The notes under the pieces were generated by a model. It searched no databases. It had not been told where the DNA came from and saw only the letters and a program-made list of their open reading frames with translations. DNA of 64,000 nucleotides from Bdellovibrionales bacterium (lineage in GTDB: Bacteria; Bdellovibrionota; Bdellovibrionia; Bdellovibrionales; JAUICD01). Both the position numbers and the translations under genes were made by a program. Numbering within the stretch: the first letter of the stretch is position 1; every line of letters begins with the position of its first letter. The stretch covers positions 192,001 through 256,000 of the forward strand of contig OZ253553.1 in assembly GCA_965262715.1 (NCBI GenBank), written 5' to 3'. Positions 49,008 to 58,670 of this stretch are shown piece after piece.

Positions 49008-49137
49008 TACCTCTGGCGACTTTCTGGTAATGACCCTGACGGCTCTTACCGTCAGCAATTAGGTCATTACCTAGAAAGCCTGACCATTTTTAGGATGGAG
49101 ACTCTCTTCGTTCTTTGACATAATGTTAAGGGAAATT
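49008..49137 (+). repeat. Family A repeat, 5'-truncated
   Basis: CCTCTGGCGACTTTCT-GGTAATGACC-CTGACGG/CCGTCAG-CAATTA-GGTCATTACC-TAGAAAGCC plus tail. Confidence 0.9.
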
Positions 49138-49350
49138 CCATTTCTTTACGATGCAAAATTTTAAAACAGATACTGTGCTACTTAATACTGAAGAAAGTGT
49201 TACCGAAGTCCCTTGTAGTACAGGCTGCCAGATACTGGAATATAGATGCTGTAAAATGCAAATATTTATTTTTGAGACCGGCTCTGGTTATAAAGGTTGC
49301 GTAAGGTCAGTTATAAGGTAAAACATGTAAGTGGTTAATAAGGGAGATAT

Positions 49351-49914
49351 ATGAGAATTATTGGAGGTACATTTAAAAGTCGAATTCTGGTTTCCTCTAA
49401 AGGTCAGCATCTGCGTCCTATATCTAACAGAGTTAAAGAAAGTCTTTTTAATATCTTAAGAAATGATATAAAAGATGCAATTGTCTTAGATTTATTCGCA
49501 GGTACGGGTAGTCTCTCTATAGAAGCGTTTTCTCAAGGTGCAAGAAAGGTCTTTGCTGTAGAAAAACACCCTCAATCTCTTCAAGCTATCTATAGTAACA
49601 TAGCCAACTTGAAGATAGCAAAACAAGAAATTCAAGTTTTTAAAAGCGATGTTTTTGATTTTTTAAAGAGATACAAAAAAAGCCTTAAATTTGATCTGAT
49701 TTTGATCGATCCTCCATTCACTCAGGAAATAGCAAATGAGACTATGAAGCAAATTGTTAAAAGCTCTGTTTTAAAAAAAGAAACACTTATTGTGATTGAG
49801 AGCAGTCAACATGAAGTCATTAAAGATGTGTATCCTCCATTTTCTTTATTTGACAGGCGTTATTTTGGTGATAAATTATTGTCTTTTTTTAAGACAACCT
49901 CATCTTCTAAATAA
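49351..49914 (+). CDS. rsmD: 16S rRNA m2G966 methyltransferase
   Basis: MRIIGG, RVKESLFNIL, LDLFAGTG, DPPF. Confidence 0.93.
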   Translation: MRIIGGTFKSRILVSSKGQHLRPISNRVKESLFNILRNDIKDAIVLDLFAGTGSLSIEAFSQGARKVFAVEKHPQSLQAIYSNIANLKIAKQEIQVFKSDVFDFLKRYKKSLKFDLILIDPPFTQEIANETMKQIVKSSVLKKETLIVIESSQHEVIKDVYPPFSLFDRRYFGDKLLSFFKTTSSSK

Positions 49915-50098
49915 AACTTTACAGGAAATTATTTTTTGACTTAGAGTATTGCTATCAATAAATTTATATTTTATGATTTATATATAAGGTACTTTATTTG
50001 TTATTATGTATTATGTATTATGTAGGTTTAGATTGTAAATGAGAGGAAGCTGAAGTTTTCCCTTACTGTTTAATTTAAAAGAAGCCCTATAGTTTCAT

Positions 50099-51010
50099 TT
50101 GAATGGAGAATTTGTGGAAATTATCTCAGTTGAAAACCTTAAAAAATCATTTCATCTTCCTGATATCTTTTCATCCTTTCGTAAACCAATAGAGGTTTTA
50201 AAGGGGATCACTTTTCAGGTAGAAGAAGGCAAAGTTACAGGATTTCTAGGAGCAAATGGGGTTGGAAAGACAACAACTCTAAAGTGTCTATTTAACCTTA
50301 TCAAGCCAACTTCTGGGTCTTATTCTTTTTTTGAGCAAGGGCCTCTTACAACTAGCACTAGACAAAAAATTGGTTTTCTACCAGAAAGGCCATATTTTTA
50401 TGAATTTTTAACAGGCCAGGAGTTCTTAAAGTTCTATGGGACTTTTAATTGGAGTTCTAAGTTAGGGAATTTAAACAAAGCTATTGATCGCGTTCTTAAA
50501 CAAGTCAATCTAGAATATGCTAGAAAAACTCAACTAAAGTCTTATTCTAAGGGTATGCTTCAGCGCATTGGCTTTGCACAAGCTATTATTCATAAACCAG
50601 AACTGATTATCTTAGACGAACCAATGGCAGGCTTAGATCCAGATGGTCGAGCCATTATTCGAAATCTGATTAAAGATGTAGCCCAAACAAAGACTGTGTT
50701 CTTTAGCAGCCACCTTCTTCATGATGTAGAAAATTTATGTGAAAACCTTGTTATCCTCAATAAAGGAACGGTTGCTTATCAAGGATCAATGCACAATCTT
50801 TTAAAAGACTTAGAATCTGGTTATGAAATACAGATCAAACCAGCAAAAAAAGATAATAAAATCGAAACTCTTACAGCTGACTGTCAAGAAACATTACATG
50901 ATATATTGCAGTCACAACTTAAGAATAAAGCTGATATTTTATCAGTTTCTAGCAAAAAAGTAAGTTTAGAAGATGCTTTTTTAAAGTTGTTTTTAAGGAA
51001 TGAAAAATGA
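50099..51010 (+). CDS. ABC transporter ATP-binding protein (PilH-like, pilus-associated)
   Basis: GANGVGKTT, YSKGMLQR, LDEP. Confidence 0.9.
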   Translation: MNGEFVEIISVENLKKSFHLPDIFSSFRKPIEVLKGITFQVEEGKVTGFLGANGVGKTTTLKCLFNLIKPTSGSYSFFEQGPLTTSTRQKIGFLPERPYFYEFLTGQEFLKFYGTFNWSSKLGNLNKAIDRVLKQVNLEYARKTQLKSYSKGMLQRIGFAQAIIHKPELIILDEPMAGLDPDGRAIIRNLIKDVAQTKTVFFSSHLLHDVENLCENLVILNKGTVAYQGSMHNLLKDLESGYEIQIKPAKKDNKIETLTADCQETLHDILQSQLKNKADILSVSSKKVSLEDAFLKLFLRNEK

Positions 51011-51774
51011 AAGTTATATTTACCATTGCTGCTAATACTTTTCGTGAATTCACAAGAGATCGTATTTTTTATGCTATTTTAGTTGTTTCTATCTTATTTT
51101 CTATTGCTAGCTTTCTTTTAGGACAACTTACCTATATCCAACAGTCACGCATTGCCTTAGACTTGGGACTAGCTTTCTTAGAATTAAGCACTATTATACT
51201 AGCCATTTTCTTAGGGTCTACAATCATCTTCAGAGAGATCGAAAAGCAAACAGTTTTCACATTATTGATTCGTCCCATCACTCGAGGACAGTTTTTAATA
51301 GGAAAGTTCTTAGGATTATTTGCTATTGTTATTTCAGCTCTCATCTTCTTATCACTTGTACTACTGGTTATTTTGTATCAGATGACGAATTTAACTTTTG
51401 ATTGGAGCTTCTTGGCAGTTATTTATGGTTTTTCTCTGGAAGCAGCTGTTTTGATTTCCATCACGATGGTATTAGGAGTGATTGTAAGACCTATATTAAC
51501 AGTGCCTCTCACAATAGGAGCTTTATTAATAGGTAAATGGACTTCTACTTTGTATTATTTTTTAGAGAGAAGCGAAGTATTTAAATTACTTAATAATTTG
51601 TTTCCATACGTCATCCCAAGCTTTGAAAGATGGGACTGGAAGTCAGAAGCTTTACAAGAAGTCATAGCTCTAAATGTAGACACCATTATTTATGCTTCTA
51701 TCTATGCCCTTAGCTGGATATTTGTTCTGCAAGCTATGACTTATTTCATTTTTAGGAAAAAAGATCTTGTTTGA
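51007..51774 (+). CDS. ABC-2 permease (PilI-like)
   Basis: NTFRE..RDRI, REIEKQTVFTLL.RPI.R..F..GKF; multiple TM segments. Confidence 0.85.
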   Translation: MKVIFTIAANTFREFTRDRIFYAILVVSILFSIASFLLGQLTYIQQSRIALDLGLAFLELSTIILAIFLGSTIIFREIEKQTVFTLLIRPITRGQFLIGKFLGLFAIVISALIFLSLVLLVILYQMTNLTFDWSFLAVIYGFSLEAAVLISITMVLGVIVRPILTVPLTIGALLIGKWTSTLYYFLERSEVFKLLNNLFPYVIPSFERWDWKSEALQEVIALNVDTIIYASIYALSWIFVLQAMTYFIFRKKDLV

Positions 51775-52558
51775 AGAATCAATGAGACTCATGGCTCCTT
51801 ACTTAATGTTCATTGTAGGGGCATATATGGGAAGCTTTGCCTATACAATCATTCTAAGATGGCCTGAAGGGGAAACCTTCCTACTTTCATGGAGTAGTTG
51901 TTCTCATTGCCAAAGGTATTTATCTTGGTATGATAATATTCCACTTTTATCTTGGATATTTTTACAAGGTAGATGTCGTTCTTGTAGCTATAAGATCTCT
52001 TTTGAATATTTCTTTATGGAAGTTTTTATGGCTTGCTTCTTTTTGACTCTGTATTGGTATATTGGATTTGAATGGAGACTTATAGAATACGCCTTGTTTT
52101 TATCGGCTCTGACAGCTGCCACTGTTATTGATTTTAAACATTTTTTACTTCCTGATATCTTAACTCTCTCAGGTATTTGTTTTGGTTTAATAGGTGCTAT
52201 ACTGAATCCAGAACGTGTATTTTTAGATAGTTTTATTGGATTATTGCTTGGCGGAGGTTTTTTTTGGTTGTCATCTCAAATTTACTCTCTTTTACGTAAG
52301 AAAGAAGGATTAGGAGGGGGAGATATAAAACTTCTGGCTTGGATTGGAACAATACTTGGTTGGCAAAGCATCCCTTTTGTTATTTTCATATCAAGTCTAC
52401 TTGGCATCATTATGGGGTTCATAATAAAGTTAAAAAGCCGAGAGGGAGAGGAAGTCGTTATTCCATTTGGCCCTTCCCTAGCCATATCAAGTGTTTTTTA
52501 TCTTTTTGGCGGAAACCAATACATTTTCACATCACTATGGCCATTTTGGTTTAGATAA
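51767..52558 (+). CDS. pilD: Prepilin peptidase
   Basis: CxxC..WYDNIP..GRCRSC, IDF, GGGDIKL, IPFGP. Confidence 0.92.
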   Translation: MFEESMRLMAPYLMFIVGAYMGSFAYTIILRWPEGETFLLSWSSCSHCQRYLSWYDNIPLLSWIFLQGRCRSCSYKISFEYFFMEVFMACFFLTLYWYIGFEWRLIEYALFLSALTAATVIDFKHFLLPDILTLSGICFGLIGAILNPERVFLDSFIGLLLGGGFFWLSSQIYSLLRKKEGLGGGDIKLLAWIGTILGWQSIPFVIFISSLLGIIMGFIIKLKSREGEEVVIPFGPSLAISSVFYLFGGNQYIFTSLWPFWFR

Positions 52559-52748
52559 AGCTACATTCATTTTACACTCAAAAATCAGTATAAATGTGCT
52601 AGATATATTATAAAATTGATTAAACCCTTCTTATATGCCAGTACTCGACCTTTTTTTGACTTTTGTACTAAAAGTAATAAAATTAAGGTAGGTCCATTTT
52701 CACTTCAGATAATAGATTAATTATAGGTAAAAAGAAAAGAGGAAGAAT

Positions 52749-53828
52749 ATGAGCATTATAGACTCACTTTTTGGTCCTGATAGGCTCATAGGGTTAGACA
52801 TAGGAACAAGCTATATCAAAGCCGTAGAGCTTAAACCGTCTAAAAAAGGAGGGTTTACTCTTGTTAGTTTTAACTATGCTCCTACACCACCTGGGGCTAT
52901 TGAATATGGCAACTTAAAAGATATTAAATCATTGGCTAACGTTATTTTAAACCTAATAAAACAAATGAATACAAAATCTAAACAAATTTGTGTGAGCCTT
53001 TGCGGTGGAAGCATTATTGTTAAACAAATAGTTCTACCTGAAATAGATAATATAAAATATATAGGTGAGATTATCAGCGATGAAGCAGAACAATATATTC
53101 CTCACAATTTAAGTGATGCACACCTACAATATTATATTTTAGAAAACCAAGAAAAAACTTCTGCTATCACTAAAGCCCTTATTATATCAGCTAAAAAAGA
53201 TATTATCTTTTCATTCTTAGAATTAGAACAACTCCTAGGACTCAAGTGCAGTATTATAGATGTTGCCAGCTTTGCCTTTTCTAACTGCTTTATTATGAAT
53301 TATCCTCAGTTTCAAGAAAATACAATAGGACTGCTCAATCTAGGTTCAAATATTACTAATTTTGTTGTTCTAGAAAATGGAGAAGTTGCTTTTGCAAAAG
53401 ACTTATTTATTGGGGGAGATCTTTATAATAAGAATCTAGTAAACTTTATGCAAGTTTCAGAAGAAGAAGCTGAGAGTTTTAAAATGAGTGCTTCTAAGAG
53501 CCAACCTCTTCCCTCAGATATTGCTGAAATCATTACAAATACACACAAAAATATTTCAGAAGAGATCAAAAGGAACTTCGATTTCTATTATGCTAGATCA
53601 GACCAGGTAAAAATAGAAAAGCTCTTTATTACAGGAGGGGCTTCTCTAACACAAGATATTATTCCTTCGCTTAATAAACTGCTTAACATAGAAGTAGAAG
53701 TGATTAACCCTTTTTCTTTAATTTCATATGATTCACAACATTTCTCTTCTGAATATCTTACACAAATTGCGCCTTATGCTTCTGTAGCAATGGGGTTAGC
53801 CATGAGATATAAAGGTGACAGCAAATGA
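52749..53828 (+). CDS. pilM: Type IV pilus assembly protein PilM
   Basis: IGLDIGTSYIK, EAEQYIP, ITGGAS, VAMGLAMR. Confidence 0.93.
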   Translation: MSIIDSLFGPDRLIGLDIGTSYIKAVELKPSKKGGFTLVSFNYAPTPPGAIEYGNLKDIKSLANVILNLIKQMNTKSKQICVSLCGGSIIVKQIVLPEIDNIKYIGEIISDEAEQYIPHNLSDAHLQYYILENQEKTSAITKALIISAKKDIIFSFLELEQLLGLKCSIIDVASFAFSNCFIMNYPQFQENTIGLLNLGSNITNFVVLENGEVAFAKDLFIGGDLYNKNLVNFMQVSEEEAESFKMSASKSQPLPSDIAEIITNTHKNISEEIKRNFDFYYARSDQVKIEKLFITGGASLTQDIIPSLNKLLNIEVEVINPFSLISYDSQHFSSEYLTQIAPYASVAMGLAMRYKGDSK

Positions 53829-54736
53829 TACGTATCAATTTGCTTGATGATATCAAAGTAGCTCATAGTCATTCTGGGGTAGGAGGTATTAAACCTATCT
53901 CGATAGATGGAAAACAAGTTGTAAATTTTATAGTTAAGATCGGTTTTGTTTTATTACCATCTTTAGCTATTTTGGGATGGAATTATACTGAAAAAACAGC
54001 AAAAGAAAAAGTTCTTAATGTGCTTAAAGTGCGTGAACAAGAAGTAGTTAGTAAAATCGAACAAGAACAGCAAAAATATAATGAAATTAAGAAATTGCAA
54101 CAAGAAACTCTAAAATTAGATCGAACTATCGAGACTCTTTCTGAAGCAGCAAGAAAGCGGACAACTACATTAAAAGCTCTTAATCTTCTGCATCAGATAG
54201 TGCCTGATCAAACTTGGCTAACAGAGGTGGAGCTGCAAAAAGGTAATAAAATTATTTTTACTGGAGAAGCTAAGCCCTCAGATATAAACATTTTTAAAAC
54301 TAACTTAAATGAAAAGAAAGCTATTTATAGAGATGTCAATATTTCTCCAAATGAAGATTTAAAAAATACCAAAACCGATTATACAAAATTTAAAATATCT
54401 GCAGAGTTGGTTCTAGATCAAGATCGAGAAGAGAGTTTAAATAATATAGAAAATAATACAATACAAGTAGATGAAGCAGCAGCAGCAGCTCAAACTGAGG
54501 ATGCAATAAATCAAGATCGAGAAGAGAGTTTAAATAATATAGAAAATAATACAACACAAGTAGATGAAGCAGCAGCAGCAGCTCAAACTGAGGATGCAAT
54601 AAATCAAGATCGAGAAGAGAGTTTAAATAATATAGAAAATAATACAACACAAGTAGATGAAGCAGCAGCAGCTCAAACTGAGGATGCAATAAATCAAGAT
54701 AAAGGAACTTTAACAGATAAAAAACAGAGTTTGTAA
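53825..54736 (+). CDS. pilN: PilN with repetitive C-terminal extension
   Basis: MIRINLL motif, TM, coiled coil, P..WLT. Confidence 0.88.
   Translation: MIRINLLDDIKVAHSHSGVGGIKPISIDGKQVVNFIVKIGFVLLPSLAILGWNYTEKTAKEKVLNVLKVREQEVVSKIEQEQQKYNEIKKLQQETLKLDRTIETLSEAARKRTTTLKALNLLHQIVPDQTWLTEVELQKGNKIIFTGEAKPSDINIFKTNLNEKKAIYRDVNISPNEDLKNTKTDYTKFKISAELVLDQDREESLNNIENNTIQVDEAAAAAQTEDAINQDREESLNNIENNTTQVDEAAAAAQTEDAINQDREESLNNIENNTTQVDEAAAAQTEDAINQDKGTLTDKKQSL
54417..54700. repeat. 93-bp tandem repeat x3 (third unit 90 bp) inside pilN
   Basis: Units start at 54417, 54510 and 54603. Confidence 0.95.
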
Positions 54737-54739
54737 ATT

Positions 54740-55465
54740 ATGGAAAAAATCAATCAGGTAATAGAAAAAATTAGTCAATTATCTATTTTACAAGTTATTT
54801 TAATATCTATAGTATTTCTTGGTCTTTATTATGGGTTGGTTTTACAATATGATGATTCACTATATGTTGTAGAAAATAATATTAACTTAACAAAAGAAAA
54901 TATAAATCAAAAAGAAAAAGAAATTGAAGACTTAAAAGTTTTAATAGAACGCTCTACCAATTTGCGAGATGAATATAATGCAAAAACAAGATATTTTAAT
55001 ATGTTTGCTGGTCATATGAAAGAAATAGAAAATTCTACTACATTTTTTAGTCAGATGACAAACTCTTTTATAAGTATAATAGGAATTCAAATAAATAACT
55101 ATGAGTCTAAAAAAGCAGTTATTGTAAAGAATGACTTTGATCAAAGTACAGATAACTACAAGCTTATGCCATTAGAAATAAATATCGAAGGTACATTTGC
55201 TCAATTACTTTCTTTTATGTCTTATTTAACTCAAAGCGAACAATTGATTTCTATGGAAACTTTTAAAATCAAAAAGATAGAGGCAGATCAGTCTAGAGGA
55301 CAACTCTCACTGCTTTCTTTAAAGGGAGAGATAGCTTTGTACAGCATGCTTTCTGAAGAAGATAAATTGCAATTAGAAAAAGAGATGGAAGGAAGTAGTA
55401 AAACAGGTGATACTGTTACGCCAAGTGGATCAGCACCCACACCATCAACTGGAGCAAATCAATGA
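54740..55465 (+). CDS. pilO: PilO
   Basis: Operon position; TM plus coiled coil; PLEINIEGTF..L..F. Confidence 0.8.
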   Translation: MEKINQVIEKISQLSILQVILISIVFLGLYYGLVLQYDDSLYVVENNINLTKENINQKEKEIEDLKVLIERSTNLRDEYNAKTRYFNMFAGHMKEIENSTTFFSQMTNSFISIIGIQINNYESKKAVIVKNDFDQSTDNYKLMPLEINIEGTFAQLLSFMSYLTQSEQLISMETFKIKKIEADQSRGQLSLLSLKGEIALYSMLSEEDKLQLEKEMEGSSKTGDTVTPSGSAPTPSTGANQ

Positions 55466-56067
55466 AATACATCGGTTATTTGATGATTTTTTTACCTTTT
55501 GTATTATTTGAAGTGCCCTATAATGGTAGGGTCACTTCACTTTTAAGAGCACAAACAACACCTTCTCCCACATCTGTTGATCCTGCATCTGCTGATCTTT
55601 CAAAAGCAGAAAAAGAAAAAATTATCAGATCTTTAGGTTTCGAACCTTATGAGTATGAACATGACCCTAGGAATCGCGATCCTTTTGTATCGCTAAGACA
55701 AGAACAAGAAGTAGGAGGAGAAGACGCAATCATCAAACAAACACTGTTAGGGCCTTACTTACCTTTAGAGCGTTTTGATATAGATCAATATCAACTTATG
55801 GGTATTATTTGGGATACTGAGGAACCTAGAGCTTTGATTATGGACCCAAATAATCAGTCTCATGTGGTAAGAAAAAATGATCGTATAGGTCTCTATAAGG
55901 GATATCTTGCAGAAATTCGAGAGGGAGAAATCATTATTGCAGAACCTAAACAACAAGGACTCAAAGTTCAGTTCAATATCAAGACTCTCACTATTGCAAA
56001 AAAGCAGGCAGACAATAAAAAAACAGAGAGCAAACCTGCAAACAATATAAATAACACAAATAAATAA
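55462..56067 (+). CDS. pilP: PilP
   Basis: RDPF, PLERFDIDQYQLMGIIW, ALIMDP. Confidence 0.88.
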   Translation: MKYIGYLMIFLPFVLFEVPYNGRVTSLLRAQTTPSPTSVDPASADLSKAEKEKIIRSLGFEPYEYEHDPRNRDPFVSLRQEQEVGGEDAIIKQTLLGPYLPLERFDIDQYQLMGIIWDTEEPRALIMDPNNQSHVVRKNDRIGLYKGYLAEIREGEIIIAEPKQQGLKVQFNIKTLTIAKKQADNKKTESKPANNINNTNK

Positions 56068-56213
56068 AAATAACATCAGATTTTGTTTTTATACATTTTA
56101 AGTTAGGAATAATGTTTAAGTAAGGTTATAGTATATCTATCGTATAGGAGGTTTGCACTTAAGAAACACACCCGCATAGTATAATAAAAAGCGTAAAAGA
56201 AGGGGTAAATCGA

Positions 56214-58628
56214 ATGAATAGCAAGCTTTTATATCCATGTTTTTTCATTTTTTCTTTGATCATTGTTTCTATTATTAAAAATGCTCAAGGTATTAATTTA
56301 TCTCACAAAAGTTCACCAGATATATTAAATATAAGAGATAGTGCAAATGGTTTATTGCTAGCGCAAACAGATGATAAAGATGACATTCAATTAGAAATAG
56401 AAGAACTCAGTCAAGAAGATGAATTTGAAGACAGTTTAGAGTCAGATTTAGAAGGAAGTTTAGAAATAGATGAAGCAGATCTCATCGATGAAGAGTTAAT
56501 AGATGTAGAAAGAGAGGAAGAAAAAACAGAAGATGCGCGTATAGAAGAAGAGTTTGAAGCACAGCAAGCAGAGGCAGAAGTAGAAGAAGCATTAGAATCA
56601 GAGGGAGAACAAAAGGCAGATCAAGAAAAAGCACTTGGAGACAATTTAGAAGAAGAGTTTGAAGAGTTTGAAGAGTTTGAAGAGCTTGCAGAGGATGATG
56701 AAGATACACAACAAGACCAAGTATCTGAAGAAGGCAGTTTAGAGGAAGAGTTTGAACAGCTTGCAGAAGATGAGTCTCCAGCAGAAAGTATAGCAGAGGA
56801 TGAAGATCTTATTGAAATCGAAGATAGTGAGGATGTATTACTTGCTGAAGAAGAGCAAGAATCTACAGGGCCTCTTTTGTATATCACAGCTGTTGATTTT
56901 TTACATGATCAAAGTGGCGGTAGTATTGTTATAAAAACGACAGGAACACCAGAGTCTCCTTCTATTCGCAGGTCAGAGGATGGGACTCAAGTGATAGTTG
57001 AACTAGATAATGTAAGATTACCTGATCAGTTTAAAAGACCTTATGCGACCAAAGAATTTCCTAGTAACATTGGTTTTTTTCAAGCTTACCAAGAAAATGA
57101 TAACTCAAAAGTTCGATTTGTAGTTCAAGTCAGAGAGCCTGTAGAGCCACTTATAAGAGTAGAGGGGAATTCTATTTTAATTGAAGCTCAAGGCTCTAGC
57201 TTAGCTGAGCAGGACTCAGGTCTGTCTGAACAGCCGGGATTAATTCAAACTGAAGAACTTTCTGATACAGGTGAATCTATGGCAACAACATCTTCTGACG
57301 TTGATCAACCTTTAACAGCTTCATCTTCAGAGGACTTTCTCTTAAAAGGTACAAAATTTACTGGAAAACCAATTTCTATAGAAGTGGATAATGCAGATAT
57401 TCGTGATGTTTTAGATTTTATCACAAATGAAAGTGGATTAAATATCATATTCTCAGAAAGCGTAAAAGGAAATGTAACTCTAAAATTAAGAGAAATTCCA
57501 TGGGATCAAGCTTTTCTTCTTATATTGCAGATGAAAAAGTTGGGATATGTTAAGAATGGTGATATCTTGATAGTCGATACAATTAGCGCTATTCAATCTG
57601 AAATAAAAGAACGACAAGCTCTACTTGACTCTAAGAAAAACTTAGAACCACTGCGCATTCAAATTCTTCCAATCAATTATGCTAAAGCTCAGGAAATGAT
57701 CAGTAAAGTACAAGTATTTAAAAGCCAGAGAGGTCAAATTCAAGCTGATCCCAGAACAAATTCTCTTATCATTACAGATATTACTGAAAACATTCAAAGA
57801 ATGAAAGAGCTTATTAGAAACTTAGATGTTCAAATCCCGCAAGTGCTTATTGAAGGTAAAATTATTGAAGCCAATGAAACTTTCAGTAGACAATTTGGGC
57901 TTGCAGTAGAGGGAAGTAATTTAAATGCAACTATAAAAGGCTTTTCTATGAAAAATAGTTCAGGAGGGTCTCAACAGCTAAACTTGGATTTAAAACAAGT
58001 CGTAGGATTAAATGCGGGCACTTTAGGGGCTATTTTTGATATGTTGGAAAATCAACAGGTATTGAGAGTGCTGTCTTCGCCACGAATTGTCACATTAAAT
58101 AATATGGGAGCTTCTATTCAACAATCAACACAAATACCTATTCCCAAGGCAGAGTCAACAGGTGGTGGTGTAACTGCAAGTACAGAGTATAAAGACATCA
58201 CATTTTCACTGAATGTAACACCACAAGTTACATCTGGAGAAAGTATTATCTTGCAAATTAGTATTCAAAGACAATCTCAGGGTGCGGCTACAGGTGAGGG
58301 TGGAGCTCCTATTGTATCGGGCCGTTCAGCAAATACAAATATAATGGTTAACGATGGAGATACAGCTGTGATTGGTGGGATATATGAAACTTCCACTTCT
58401 AATACCAGTGGAGGTGTTCCCATTTTAAGAAGTCTCCCTCTGATAGGGTCCTTATTTAAAACAAATCTTCGTGAAACTTCTAAAACAGAGCTTCTTATAT
58501 TTTTAACTCCTAGAGTCTTAAATCGAAATGAAACCTTTGCTTTAAGCCGCAGTGAAGATGAGGGTATAAATGAAGAAGACCTTAATGAAGTAGAGTTGGA
58601 CCTTGAAGAGGAATTTGATACTTTTTAA
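56214..58628 (+). CDS. pilQ: Type IV pilus secretin PilQ with acidic N-terminal extension
   Basis: AMIN-like domain, PWDQA, DPRTNSLI, QVLIEGKIIEA, VPIL..LP.IG.LFK, ELLIFLTPRV. Confidence 0.95.
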   Translation: MNSKLLYPCFFIFSLIIVSIIKNAQGINLSHKSSPDILNIRDSANGLLLAQTDDKDDIQLEIEELSQEDEFEDSLESDLEGSLEIDEADLIDEELIDVEREEEKTEDARIEEEFEAQQAEAEVEEALESEGEQKADQEKALGDNLEEEFEEFEEFEELAEDDEDTQQDQVSEEGSLEEEFEQLAEDESPAESIAEDEDLIEIEDSEDVLLAEEEQESTGPLLYITAVDFLHDQSGGSIVIKTTGTPESPSIRRSEDGTQVIVELDNVRLPDQFKRPYATKEFPSNIGFFQAYQENDNSKVRFVVQVREPVEPLIRVEGNSILIEAQGSSLAEQDSGLSEQPGLIQTEELSDTGESMATTSSDVDQPLTASSSEDFLLKGTKFTGKPISIEVDNADIRDVLDFITNESGLNIIFSESVKGNVTLKLREIPWDQAFLLILQMKKLGYVKNGDILIVDTISAIQSEIKERQALLDSKKNLEPLRIQILPINYAKAQEMISKVQVFKSQRGQIQADPRTNSLIITDITENIQRMKELIRNLDVQIPQVLIEGKIIEANETFSRQFGLAVEGSNLNATIKGFSMKNSSGGSQQLNLDLKQVVGLNAGTLGAIFDMLENQQVLRVLSSPRIVTLNNMGASIQQSTQIPIPKAESTGGGVTASTEYKDITFSLNVTPQVTSGESIILQISIQRQSQGAATGEGGAPIVSGRSANTNIMVNDGDTAVIGGIYETSTSNTSGGVPILRSLPLIGSLFKTNLRETSKTELLIFLTPRVLNRNETFALSRSEDEGINEEDLNEVELDLEEEFDTF

Positions 58629-58670
58629 CTTCAACATTATGTCCATAATGAGAGCTTAAAGATTCATCTT

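Noticed and set aside
48769..49137. Family A as a CRISPR or guide-RNA array, or as integron attC sites
   Set aside because: The variable parts are self-complementary rather than unique spacers, spacing is irregular, and no cas or integrase gene or consistent RYYYAAC/GTTRRRY ends are visible
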